Source of the DNA: an uncultured Chloroflexia bacterium
GTDB lineage: Bacteria; Chloroflexota; Limnocylindria; Limnocylindrales; CSP1-4
Assembly: GCA_963768655.1 (NCBI GenBank)
Contig: CAVYIM010000005.1
Location: forward strand, 160,001 to 224,000
Length of the DNA stretch: 64,000 nucleotides
Direction of reading: 5' to 3'
The notes beneath the pieces are model-generated. The model worked only from the letters and a program-made list of their open reading frames with translations. It was not told the origin of the DNA and did no database searches. Shown here in pieces: positions 1-8,857 of this stretch (positions are counted from its first letter, which is position 1; each line of letters begins with the position of its first letter). Made by a program: the position numbers and the translations under genes.

Positions 1-18
1 CCGGCCACGTTCCCGGGC

Positions 19-1101
19 CTACTCCCAGCGGAACGAGCGAGCCGCGATGGTCAGGCACACCACCAGCCAGCCGGTGAGGATCGCCACGTCCATGCCCAGC
101 GGAGCGACCTGAGTCCCGTTGACCATGACCTGCCGAAGCGCGTCGGCCAGGTAGGTCAGCGGCATGAAGCGCGCGACCGTCTGGAGGAAGCCGGGCAGGA
201 AGTCGAACGAGAAGAAGATGCCCGACAGGAACATCATCGGCATCTGGACGACCTGCACCACCCCGGTCGCCTGCTCCTCGGTCTTGAGGAAGGACGCGAG
301 AGCGAAGCCGATGGCGAGGAAGGCGCCGGCCCCGAGGAGGACCAGGCCGGCCGCGGCGAGCAGGTTGCCGACGATCTGGACGTTGAAGAAGATCAGCCCG
401 ATGCCGAGGATCACCACGGCGTCCACGATGGCCACCATCAGGCGCATCAAGACGTTGCTCCCGACGAGCTTCCAGCGGGCCAGCGGCGTGGCCCCGAGGC
501 GCTTGAGGATGCCCTTCTCGCGCTGCTGGACCAGCGGGATCGCGGCGAAGACGCCGAGCTGCATCAGGGCCATGGCCAGGATGCTCGGGACCAGATAGGC
601 GACCGTGCTGATGTTGGTGGACTGGAGGGTCATCGACTGGAGCCCGACTAGCGCCGACCCACCGGCCAGCTGCAGATTGAAGCTGTTGGTGATCTGGTCG
701 GCCACCTGAGTGACGACCTGACTGACCTGGCTGCTGCTCGGATCGGTGTACAGCTCGATCGACGTCGCGCTCTTGGCGGCGACGTGGGCGCCGGTTTGCG
801 CCGGCACCACCACGATGGCCGAGATGTCGCCGTGCTGCATCGCCGTCTCTTCGGCCTCGAGCGAGCCGGTGTGCACGGTGAGGAGCGTGACCTGAGAGAA
901 GGCCTGCTGGAGCGCAGCCGAAACCGGCGTGTTGTCCTGGTCGACGAAGCCGATGTCGACCTTGGTGTTGCCGTTGCCGCCGAAGATCCAGCCGAACAGG
1001 AACACGAACATGACCGGGAAGAAGAAGGTCCAGAAGAGGGCCGCGCGGTCGCGGACCAGGGACCTGATGTTCGCGACCGTCAGCCGCAAGAGAGTGTTCA
1101 T
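19..1101 (-). CDS. ABC-2 type transporter permease
   Basis: N-terminal TM, extracytoplasmic loop, C-terminal ABC-2 membrane domain (YLVPSILAM, REKGILKRL, LSGIFF, PLTY); downstream of ATPase gene. Confidence 0.92.
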   Translation of the reverse strand: MNTLLRLTVANIRSLVRDRAALFWTFFFPVMFVFLFGWIFGGNGNTKVDIGFVDQDNTPVSAALQQAFSQVTLLTVHTGSLEAEETAMQHGDISAIVVVPAQTGAHVAAKSATSIELYTDPSSSQVSQVVTQVADQITNSFNLQLAGGSALVGLQSMTLQSTNISTVAYLVPSILAMALMQLGVFAAIPLVQQREKGILKRLGATPLARWKLVGSNVLMRLMVAIVDAVVILGIGLIFFNVQIVGNLLAAAGLVLLGAGAFLAIGFALASFLKTEEQATGVVQVVQMPMMFLSGIFFSFDFLPGFLQTVARFMPLTYLADALRQVMVNGTQVAPLGMDVAILTGWLVVCLTIAARSFRWE

Positions 1102-1111
1102 CGTTCGGCTC

Positions 1112-2041
1112 CTAGTCGCGCAGGGCTCGACCGGTGAGGTCGAGGAAGACGTCTTCGAGGGTCGCCTGGCGAATGCCCAGGTTCTTCGGCTCCACGCTTA
1201 GGCTGTCGGTGAGGGCCAGCAGCGCACCGATCGTGCTCGCGACATCGCGCGAGTAGAGCACCGTCTGGCCATCTTCCTGCGACGCGCGCGTCACTCCGTC
1301 GAGCTTGCCCAGTTGGGCGGAGGGGAGCTTGAGGTTCGTGTCGAAGAAGACAGCTCGCTCCTTGAACCGCCGCCCGATCAGCTCCGGGACCGTGCCCATC
1401 TCCAGGATGTGGCCGTGATCCATGATGGCCACGCGGTCGCACAGCTCCGTGGCCTCCTCCATGTAGTGGGTCGTCATCAGGATCGACTTGCCCTTCGCCT
1501 GAAGCCCCTTGATCAGGTCCCACAGCGAGCGGCGCGCCTGTGGGTCCAGGCCCGTCGTCGGCTCGTCGAGGAAGATCAGCTCGGGGTCGTTCACGAGCGC
1601 GAGGGCGATCGAGAGTCGTTGCTGCTGACCGCCCGAGAGGTTCATCGACCGAGCCTTCGCCCGCTCCCCAAGATCGACCGTGTCGATCAGCTGTTTGGTC
1701 GGCAGATGGTGTGAGTAGAAGCTGCCGAAGAGATCCAGCAACTCGGTCACCGTGAGCCGCGGGTACAGCGACACCGTCTGGAGCTGGACTCCGATGCGCT
1801 GCTTAATCGACGGCGCGTGCCTGGTGACGTCCATACCGAAGACGGTGGCGGACCCGGAGTCAGGCTCGCGCAGGCCTTCGAGAATCTCGATCGTCGTAGT
1901 CTTGCCGGCCCCGTTCGGCCCCAACATGCCGAAGACTTCCCCGCGCGCTACCTGGAAGCTGACCCCGTCGACGGCCTTCACGTCGCCGTAGCACTTGCAC
2001 AGGTTGGCGACGCCGATCACAGGCTCGCCGCTTTGCGTCAT
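1112..2041 (-). CDS. ABC transporter ATP-binding protein (drug-exporter type)
   Basis: Walker [18 protein letters not shown] signature, LDEPT, H-loop; start placed at MTQSGEP after AGGAG. Confidence 0.93.
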   Translation of the reverse strand: MTQSGEPVIGVANLCKCYGDVKAVDGVSFQVARGEVFGMLGPNGAGKTTTIEILEGLREPDSGSATVFGMDVTRHAPSIKQRIGVQLQTVSLYPRLTVTELLDLFGSFYSHHLPTKQLIDTVDLGERAKARSMNLSGGQQQRLSIALALVNDPELIFLDEPTTGLDPQARRSLWDLIKGLQAKGKSILMTTHYMEEATELCDRVAIMDHGHILEMGTVPELIGRRFKERAVFFDTNLKLPSAQLGKLDGVTRASQEDGQTVLYSRDVASTIGALLALTDSLSVEPKNLGIRQATLEDVFLDLTGRALRD

Positions 2042-2174
2042 CTCGCTCCTTGCTTCCTGCTTCGGACAGTGCTCGTCCTCGCCGCGGGCCCTGCCGCGCA
2101 CGAGTCTACCCAACGGGCTGCGGGCCGGCCGTCCGTCCCGAGAATGACCCGGCATCGACCTCTCGGCCGAAATC

Positions 2175-3033
2175 TCACTTCGCGGGGGTCTGCAGCATGT
2201 CGGCGGACCGACCGCCCAGGATCGCGAAGCCGAGCCGCTGGTACAGCCGGATGGCCGCCGTGTTGTCGGCGTACACGCCGAGGTAGATCAAATCGATGCC
2301 CTCGGCCCGCGAGTCGTCGATCAGGACCCGAGTGATGTGCGCGCCGAAACCACGCCCTCGCCAGCCCGGCCGGGTCCCGATCGACGAGAGGTAGCTGGCC
2401 CCGTCGAACGTGTAGCGCTGGCCCGTCGCCGCCGGCTCACCGTCCACCGAGATCACGTAGCCGTGGAAGTCGGCCCGACCGAGCGTCAGGCCTATCTCGC
2501 GGACGAGGTTCGCGTGACGGCTGCGCGGGATGCCGAAGGATTCGCCGATGACCCGGGCGAGCACCTCCGCGCGGACCGGGATCTCGTCGCCGGTCGAGCA
2601 GTTCCAGTGCTCGATGACCGCGCCTTCGGGGAGTCCACCGTTCGTCGCCGCGCCAGGGCTCCCGCACGAGAACCATGTCGAACCCGCCGCCCTGGTCCAC
2701 GAAACCGTTGGCTGCCAGGCGGGCGATGAGATCGTCCGGTTCACTGAGACCGGGAACGGCCCAGACGTACGGCCGGCGCTCCAGCGCCCTGAACAGATCG
2801 CACGCCTCGCGTAACCGGGCATCGAATGCGCGCGCATCGGACGGCCAACGCACCGCCGCAAGTCGATTGAAGAACGGCTCGTTCTCGATCGCGGAGAAGA
2901 GCAGCACCGAGTCGCCCAGATCACGCCAGCCTCGGCCTGGGATCGTGACCGCCCGCACCTGATGCGCCTCCAGGAAGCGCAGGGTCCCGGCGTCGAGCCC
3001 GAGGAGAGCGGCGTTTGGGTCGGGCAGAGGCAT
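2175..3033 (-). CDS. GNAT family N-acetyltransferase (apparent +1 frameshift at ~2655)
   Basis: N-half in ORF 2437..3033, C-half with motif A (RPGWRGRGFG) and NTAAIRLYQRLGF in ORF 2175..3041; removing one C from CCCTGG (2653-2658) fuses them. Confidence 0.8.
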
Positions 3034-3071
3034 GCCGTCACGTTACGGCATCGCGCGGGATCGGGCGCTGA

Positions 3072-3139
3072 CGCGCGGGCCGCGCCCTCCCGGGCGCGCG
3101 GGCCGCGCCCTCCCGGGCGCGCGGGCCGCGCCCTCCCGG
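3072..3139. repeat. 23-bp GC-rich tandem repeat x3
   Basis: cgcgggccgcgccctcccgggcg unit; ccctccc at 3085, 3108, 3131. Confidence 0.9.
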
Positions 3140-3188
3140 CTGCGCGCGCCGCAGTCGGCGAACGAACGGCTCGAGGCTGCTCGAGGCG

Positions 3189-3947
3189 CTATTCGCTCCA
3201 GCGCTCCAGGGCGCGTGCCCAACGCTCGGCCGTCCTGGCCGGGAGCAGCCTGTGGTGGTGGACCGGCCTCTGCTCCAGATCGAGGAGAGTCGGCCGCAAC
3301 ATGCTCAGCCAGCCCTGGGCCCGTTCGTGCGACAGTTCCTGCCAGGCCATCACGTCGCCCACGACGCCACTCTCCAGGCGGCGCCAGACGACGCATATGC
3401 CGGTCCCGCCGTACTGCAGCGAGGCCTGTGTGGCAGGACCGCCCAGGGACCCCGCGACGGTCAGGAACCGCGCCCATGTGGAAACGGTCTGTGGGTCTTC
3501 CAGGGCCTCGATGAGCCGCGTGACGATCCACCACATTCCGTCCGACCCCAAGCTCACACGGGCTTCGCCCACTGCGAACACATGGCCGTCGCCGCGCTCG
3601 TTCATCTGCAGGACGAGGCCGTCGGGTGCACCGGGCAGCGACAGCGCCAGGGGCTCGACGGGCGCGCTCGCAATCCGCGGCTCATCGGGGAAGGCAACCA
3701 CAACGCCCGGAGTGACGCCCAGCGCCCGAGGGCGCCGGCCCTTCCGGGATCGCGCTCCGACCAGGCCGCGCATGACGTCCGCGTCGCCGCCGTCGGTCGC
3801 GGGCGAGCTGGCGGTCGCGTTCGGCTCGAGCGCGAACAATCGGGCCAGCTGGTTATTGTCGGCCAGCCTGGACATGACTTTGACCGTCCGCCCGTCGACG
3901 GCATACTCGAGCAGGTCTTCCGCGGCAGGCGCCTTGCTGCGTCCCAT
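3189..3947 (-). CDS. hypothetical protein
   Basis: Protein-like composition, GAGGA upstream of MGRSKAP; no recognised domain. Confidence 0.6.
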   Translation of the reverse strand: MGRSKAPAAEDLLEYAVDGRTVKVMSRLADNNQLARLFALEPNATASSPATDGGDADVMRGLVGARSRKGRRPRALGVTPGVVVAFPDEPRIASAPVEPLALSLPGAPDGLVLQMNERGDGHVFAVGEARVSLGSDGMWWIVTRLIEALEDPQTVSTWARFLTVAGSLGGPATQASLQYGGTGICVVWRRLESGVVGDVMAWQELSHERAQGWLSMLRPTLLDLEQRPVHHHRLLPARTAERWARALERWSE

Positions 3948-4377
3948 AACGTTCCTCGCTTCGTTCGCTGCGCTGTGCCGACCGTCGCCGAAGACGACGA
4001 TCGGGCCCGTCCGAAGACGGGTCGAGTCCAGCACAAGCGACCGCGCAAGGGCACCGACGCTGTCGCGATGCGCCCGGGCACCAGCCCGGTGCCTGCTAGC
4101 CTACCGCGTTTTCCGGCGTCGAGTGGGACTTTTGGCGCACGAAGGCAGGACTTTCGGGTGGCGTGGAGGCGTCTCGCGGCCGATTCGGCCGCGCCGGCGC
4201 ACCGAACGGGCCCGAATCGTGGCCTGCGAGCGGGCCCGCTCGTACAACCTCCGTAGGCGTGGGCACGCTGGCGCCGGGGCTTCTCGAGGCTCGCGGCGTT
4301 GTCCTCGCCTGACTGGAGACCCGCGGATCGGCACACCCGCCTGTCTTGGGAATGCCTGGAGTCGTCTCCGAGCAGTG

Positions 4378-5037
4378 TCAAAGAACGATGATGCAGTTCT
4401 GGCCTGCGCATCGACCTTCGGCCAGAGATCGCAGGGAATCCGGCCCTGAACCCGGGAACTGATCGCTCAGCGCCGCCGAATACGGCCGGAGCATATGTCT
4501 GTTGGACCTCGTGCCGCCATCCAGGAGGGCCAGGCAACTGACGGAGGGATCGTCCCGCTGCTTCAAGGCGAGCCGGCGCTGGAGAGCCTGGACATCGCCC
4601 AGCCTCGTCTCCGCCTCCACGGCGATGCAGCCTCCTTCCGCGTCCGCGATCGTGGCGTCCCAGGCCCGCCGGTCCCCCGAGAGCGGGATCGGGGTCTCGA
4701 AACGCCATCGCAGCTTGGGTGCAACTCGGGCACGGAGCCGATCGAGGAGGGCCCGCTGCGCCGCATCTCTGACCGGTTGCCCACCGGGGAAGGCCCGCGC
4801 ACTGAGGTCGAGGCCGACGACGGCTAACAGGCGGGCCAGATCGCAGAGTGAGACCGCTTCGAGATCGCCCCGTTCGATCCGACTCACTCTGGCCTGCGTC
4901 ACGCCTGCGGCCCGTCCGACGCACAGCTGGCTCAGGCCCCTCTCGAGGCGCGCCTCGTGGAGTTCCTCGCCGAGTGAACGCAACATGGCACGCCCCCGAC
5001 GTGAACCAACGTCAGCGGGGCGCTCAGTCGAAGCCAT
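4378..5037 (-). CDS. XRE-family HTH fused to PD-(D/E)xK-like nuclease domain
   Basis: RLERGLSQ..VGRAAGVTQARVSRIERG HTH; C-terminal WRFE...WDA...VEAET restriction-endonuclease-like motif. Confidence 0.8.
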   Translation of the reverse strand: MASTERPADVGSRRGRAMLRSLGEELHEARLERGLSQLCVGRAAGVTQARVSRIERGDLEAVSLCDLARLLAVVGLDLSARAFPGGQPVRDAAQRALLDRLRARVAPKLRWRFETPIPLSGDRRAWDATIADAEGGCIAVEAETRLGDVQALQRRLALKQRDDPSVSCLALLDGGTRSNRHMLRPYSAALSDQFPGSGPDSLRSLAEGRCAGQNCIIVL

Positions 5038-5087
5038 GCGTCATCCTGACGCAGGCGCCTTATCCGCGGCTTATCCGGCGCTCATTC

Positions 5088-5247
5088 GCGGGGTCATTCG
5101 CGACGGATATGAGCGCGACCGGTTGGGGTTGACGCGAGGGCGTGGAGTGGCGGGGTCATTCGCGACGGATATGAGCGCGACCGGTTGGGGTTGACGCGAG
5201 GGCGTGGAGTGGCGGGGTCATTCGCGACGGATATGAGCGCGACCGGT
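5088..5247. repeat. 62-bp perfect tandem repeat, ~2.6 copies
   Basis: Unit gcggggtcattcgcgacggatatgagcgcgaccggttggggttgacgcgagggcgtggagtg starts at 5088, 5150, 5212. Confidence 0.95.
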
Positions 5248-5325
5248 GACCTGCAGGAACCCTATACTCGGCCTGCCCCGCCGGTCGGAACCGACCGGCG
5301 AACCGTGCCTTGAGGAGCTCGCGTC

Positions 5326-6750
5326 ATGGATCCCACCGGCCAGCAACCCGCCGTCTCAGCCACCGCCGCCCCCACGGCCGGCGAACCGGCCGGCGACTCG
5401 CGTCCGGCCGGCGACTCGCGTGCGGCAGGACCCGCGCCGGCAGACGTGGCCCTCGTCGCGCGGGGCGATTTCGCCGCTCTCTCGAAGCCACACCTCTCCC
5501 CCATCCTGGGCCGCTACTACGAGCGCAGCTGGGACCACGGCGAAGGCCACATTCTCTACGACTCGGCCGGGCGCGGTTTCCTCGATTTCGCCTGCGGCAT
5601 CGCCACGACCTCCCTGGGTCACCACCACCCCGCGGTCACTCAGGCGATCAAGGATCAGGCCGACAAGCTGCTCCACATCTGCAACGCCCTCGGTTACCTC
5701 GAGCCCGTCGGCCAGCTGGCCACGATGCTCGCTGATGTCTGCCCGGACCCGCTCGACACCGTCTTCTTCGGGAACTCAGGCACCGAGGCCGTCGAGGGCG
5801 CGCTCAAGCTCGCCCGGCGCGTCACCGGCAGGCCGGGCATCGTCGCCTTTCGGGGAGCCTTCCACGGCCGGACCTTCGGCGCCGCCTCGATCACCAGCTC
5901 CAGCATCAACTACCGCATGGGCTACGAGCCCCTTCTGCCGTCGGTCTACCTGACGCCGTTCCCGAACGTCTACCGCTACTTCGGCGATGACGAGGAGGCG
6001 GCCACGGCCGGCGCCATGGGCGCGCTTCGAACCCTCCTGGGCCATGAGATCCCCGCCTCGTCGGTCGCGGCCATCATCATCGAGCCGATCCAGGGCGAGG
6101 GCGGCTTCAGCCCGGCGCCCGTTTCGTTCCTGCGCGAACTGCGCGCGCTCTGCGACGAGAACGGGATACTGCTGATCGCCGACGAGATCCAGTCGGGCAT
6201 TGCCCGCACCGGCAAGATGTGGGCCTTCGAGCATGCCGGCATCGTCCCCGACGTCGTGTGCGTGGCCAAGGCCCTCTGCAACGGCATGCCTATCGGCGCC
6301 ATCGTGAGTCGCCGCGAACTCCAGGAGCGCTGGGGCGTCGGCGCCCACGGCACCACCTTCGGCGGCAATCCGGTTTCCTGCGCAGCCGGCATCGCCGTCC
6401 TCCGAACGATCGCCGAGCAGGGCCTCGTCGCCAACGCCGCGACCCGCGGCCATGAGCTCATCGCCGGTCTGAAGCGTTTGATGGCCACCGATGATCGCAT
6501 CGGAGACGTTCGGGGCCGCGGCCTGATGGTCGGCGTCGAGCTGGTCAAGGATCAGGCCAGTCGCGAGCCCGACACGGACACGAGCGAGGCCCTCATCCTG
6601 GCCTGCGCCGAGCAGGGACTGCTGGTCCTCAACTGCGGCACCCACCACAACGTCATCCGCTTCCTGCCCCCGATCGACGCCACGGCAGGCGAGATCGCCC
6701 AGGGCGTGGAGCTGTTCGGTGCGGCCCTGCGCAGCCTGCCTCGGGCCTGA
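5326..6750 (+). CDS. class III PLP aminotransferase (4-aminobutyrate aminotransferase-like)
   Basis: NSGTEAVE, AFHGRT, IEPIQGEGG, DEIQSG..RTG, VAK (PLP lysine), GTTFGGNP. Confidence 0.92.
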   Translation: MDPTGQQPAVSATAAPTAGEPAGDSRPAGDSRAAGPAPADVALVARGDFAALSKPHLSPILGRYYERSWDHGEGHILYDSAGRGFLDFACGIATTSLGHHHPAVTQAIKDQADKLLHICNALGYLEPVGQLATMLADVCPDPLDTVFFGNSGTEAVEGALKLARRVTGRPGIVAFRGAFHGRTFGAASITSSSINYRMGYEPLLPSVYLTPFPNVYRYFGDDEEAATAGAMGALRTLLGHEIPASSVAAIIIEPIQGEGGFSPAPVSFLRELRALCDENGILLIADEIQSGIARTGKMWAFEHAGIVPDVVCVAKALCNGMPIGAIVSRRELQERWGVGAHGTTFGGNPVSCAAGIAVLRTIAEQGLVANAATRGHELIAGLKRLMATDDRIGDVRGRGLMVGVELVKDQASREPDTDTSEALILACAEQGLLVLNCGTHHNVIRFLPPIDATAGEIAQGVELFGAALRSLPRA

Positions 6751-6842
6751 TCGACGGCAGAAGACTGGCGACCGGGCTCCGGGGATCGGCGCTTCGCGGT
6801 CGGCCGTCCGTCGAGGGTGGCAACGCAGACTCTCGCAGAGAC

Positions 6843-6876
6843 GTCGATACCCGCGGCGGGAACCGCGGGTATCGAC
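6843..6876. terminator. 14-bp perfect stem-loop between convergent genes
   Basis: gtcgatacccgcgg-cgggaa-ccgcgggtatcgac. Confidence 0.7.
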
Positions 6877-6949
6877 TCTGGTTCGGCGGATCCGGACACA
6901 GGGCCCGGTGACGGAGTGCCGGCGAACCGGGGATTCTGGTTTGGAGGCT

Positions 6950-7165
6950 CTACCGGTTCCTGTCCAGGAAGCTCATCACGTCTTCGAGGCGGAAGCGTCG
7001 ATCGCCCCGCTTGCAGACGCGATAAAACGGCAACTCGCCGCGATCTCCGAGCCGCTTCACCGTGTTCACGTGCAGGTGAAGCATCTCGGCCACTTCACTC
7101 GCGGTTAGCATGGGACCGAGTTCATTAGCGACCACGGCAGCCATTGGTTTCCTCTGCGTCTGCAT
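6950..7165 (-). CDS. small MerR-like/excisionase HTH (HTH_17, BldC-like) DNA-binding protein
   Basis: LTASEVAEMLHLHVNTVKRL..GELP..R..GDRRFRLEDV; start uncertain (7165 or 7144). Confidence 0.85.
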   Translation of the reverse strand: MQTQRKPMAAVVANELGPMLTASEVAEMLHLHVNTVKRLGDRGELPFYRVCKRGDRRFRLEDVMSFLDRNR

Positions 7166-7459
7166 CAAACCGAGCGCATCGACTTCCTTGGGGCAGCCAA
7201 GCCTGATCCGGCCTGAAGCGACGCGAACCGTACAGACTCCACCCAACCATCACAAGCCGTACTTTGGGCTACGGCCACCGGTACCAGACCACGGCGAGCG
7301 AGTCGTACCGGGGCTTTCCGCCAAATGGGCCGGTCGCGCCGGGTGGCCGGCATGCCGCAGCGCACCGGTGTCACCCGGATGACGGCGCGGCGAAGTGGGG
7401 CCGGCGCCGTTGCCGGTATCGGCCGGCAAACGCGCAGCCGCCCGCAAGACTGATTCGGC

Positions 7460-8437
7460 TCAGCTTGGGGAGCTTGTCGGAGACGCCACGCTGCTCGGCG
7501 ACGGCGCCGCCGACCCACTCGCGACCGGCGACGAGGTCGGAGCGGGCGACGCGGTCGGAGCAGCCGATGCGGCGGGCGAACCTGTCGCGCCAGGGCTGCC
7601 GGACGGGGCGGCAGAACCGCTCGGGCCGGGTGTCGGAGTCGGTGTCGGATTGACCGACGGCAACGCCACTCCGGATGGGACGGGGCTCATCGTCGTCAAG
7701 GCGAAGTCCGAGGTGATCGTGGCGACGTCGCTTGCGAACTGCGTATCCCATGTGGCGAGCCCGGGGGCCTGCGCGATCACGTCGTACGGGGTCTTCGCGG
7801 CGTCGATTTGCTGCAACACCGAGATGTACTGCTGGCTGTCATCGAGGAAGTTGCTGACGTCGTCTTGGGCCACGCCCCAATCGCTGATTGCCGTGACCGC
7901 ATCGACCCACCCCTTGGTCTGGGTGTAGAAGTCGGTGTAGTCCGCCAGCTGCTTGGTGAAATCGCCGCTGTCGGTGGCGATGGCGATGCGATCCTTCTCG
8001 CGCGGCGGCGACCACTTGTTCTCGATCTTGGTCCACTGCTGAGCGGGTGTGGGCGCCGGCGGGTTGATGAAGCCGGTGTAGACCCACACTGCGCCCAGGA
8101 GCACGAAGAGGAGCGCCAGGATCGGCAGGTAGGCGACGATCCAGCGATAGGCCGTGCCGTGCTGCTTCTTGCGCCGCGCCGCCGGTATCTTGGCCCGCTT
8201 GCCCTCGGTATGGGGGCGCGACTCGATCGGCGTCTCTTCCTTGCCGGACGCTTCCTTGCCAGACGCTTCGGCAGACTCCTCGACCGGCGAGGGAGTCGGC
8301 CCGGAGACGGGCCCGGGAGTCGACCGGGAGACGGGCGAGGGAGTCGACCGGGAGACGGGCGAGGGAGTCGGCCCGGAGACGGGCCCGGGTTTGGGCCCGG
8401 AGTCCGCGTGGCCTCGTGCCTTTCGATTGGCCGGCAT
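7460..8437 (-). CDS. single-pass membrane protein with N-terminal 8-aa repeats and S/P/A/T-rich tail
   Basis: [23 protein letters not shown]; [16 protein letters not shown] repeats (24-bp repeat ~8290-8400); helical extracytoplasmic part. Confidence 0.75.
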   Translation of the reverse strand: MPANRKARGHADSGPKPGPVSGPTPSPVSRSTPSPVSRSTPGPVSGPTPSPVEESAEASGKEASGKEETPIESRPHTEGKRAKIPAARRKKQHGTAYRWIVAYLPILALLFVLLGAVWVYTGFINPPAPTPAQQWTKIENKWSPPREKDRIAIATDSGDFTKQLADYTDFYTQTKGWVDAVTAISDWGVAQDDVSNFLDDSQQYISVLQQIDAAKTPYDVIAQAPGLATWDTQFASDVATITSDFALTTMSPVPSGVALPSVNPTPTPTPGPSGSAAPSGSPGATGSPAASAAPTASPAPTSSPVASGSAAPSPSSVASPTSSPS

Positions 8438-8857
8438 CTGTCGACCTCGGCGCGGCTGTGGCGACAATCTGAACCTCCTGCCCGGTTGCCTGGGAGCGTT
8501 GCAGCACCCGCCTCACCGTCGAACCCCCGGAACCGATCTGCGTCGGGGAGGCGTCGGAAGTCTATCGCGATCGGGCGGGCAGCGCGGCTCGAACGCCCGC
8601 AGGACTTCGGGGCGATCGACCTCCCGCAAGGGGTCGGCGATCCCTGCTCGACGTCGCGGCCGGCATACGCGGCGGCGTGCGCCGGACCCCAACGTTGCCG
8701 TATCGTTCCCAATCGCAACCTTCGCAACCTTGATTCCGGGACCCCTCTCGGTGACACTCGGGGTTCCGCAACGGATAGAGGGCTCCTGCAGACGGAGCAG
8801 GGACTCCTGTCGGCGCCTCCGCCGGTCCAGAACGGACGGAGGACATCGAAGGCGAGG

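Noticed and set aside
5088-5247. CRISPR array
   Set aside because: The would-be spacers are identical and there are no cas genes; it is a simple tandem repeat.
6950-7165. Prophage/ICE excisionase
   Set aside because: No integrase, att site or phage genes nearby.
7808-8857. 350-aa N-terminal extension of GltB and the 1183-aa ORF ending in GltD
   Set aside because: Open-frame run-through in high-GC DNA. True starts are at 8858 and 13504, and the extension overlaps a minus-strand gene.
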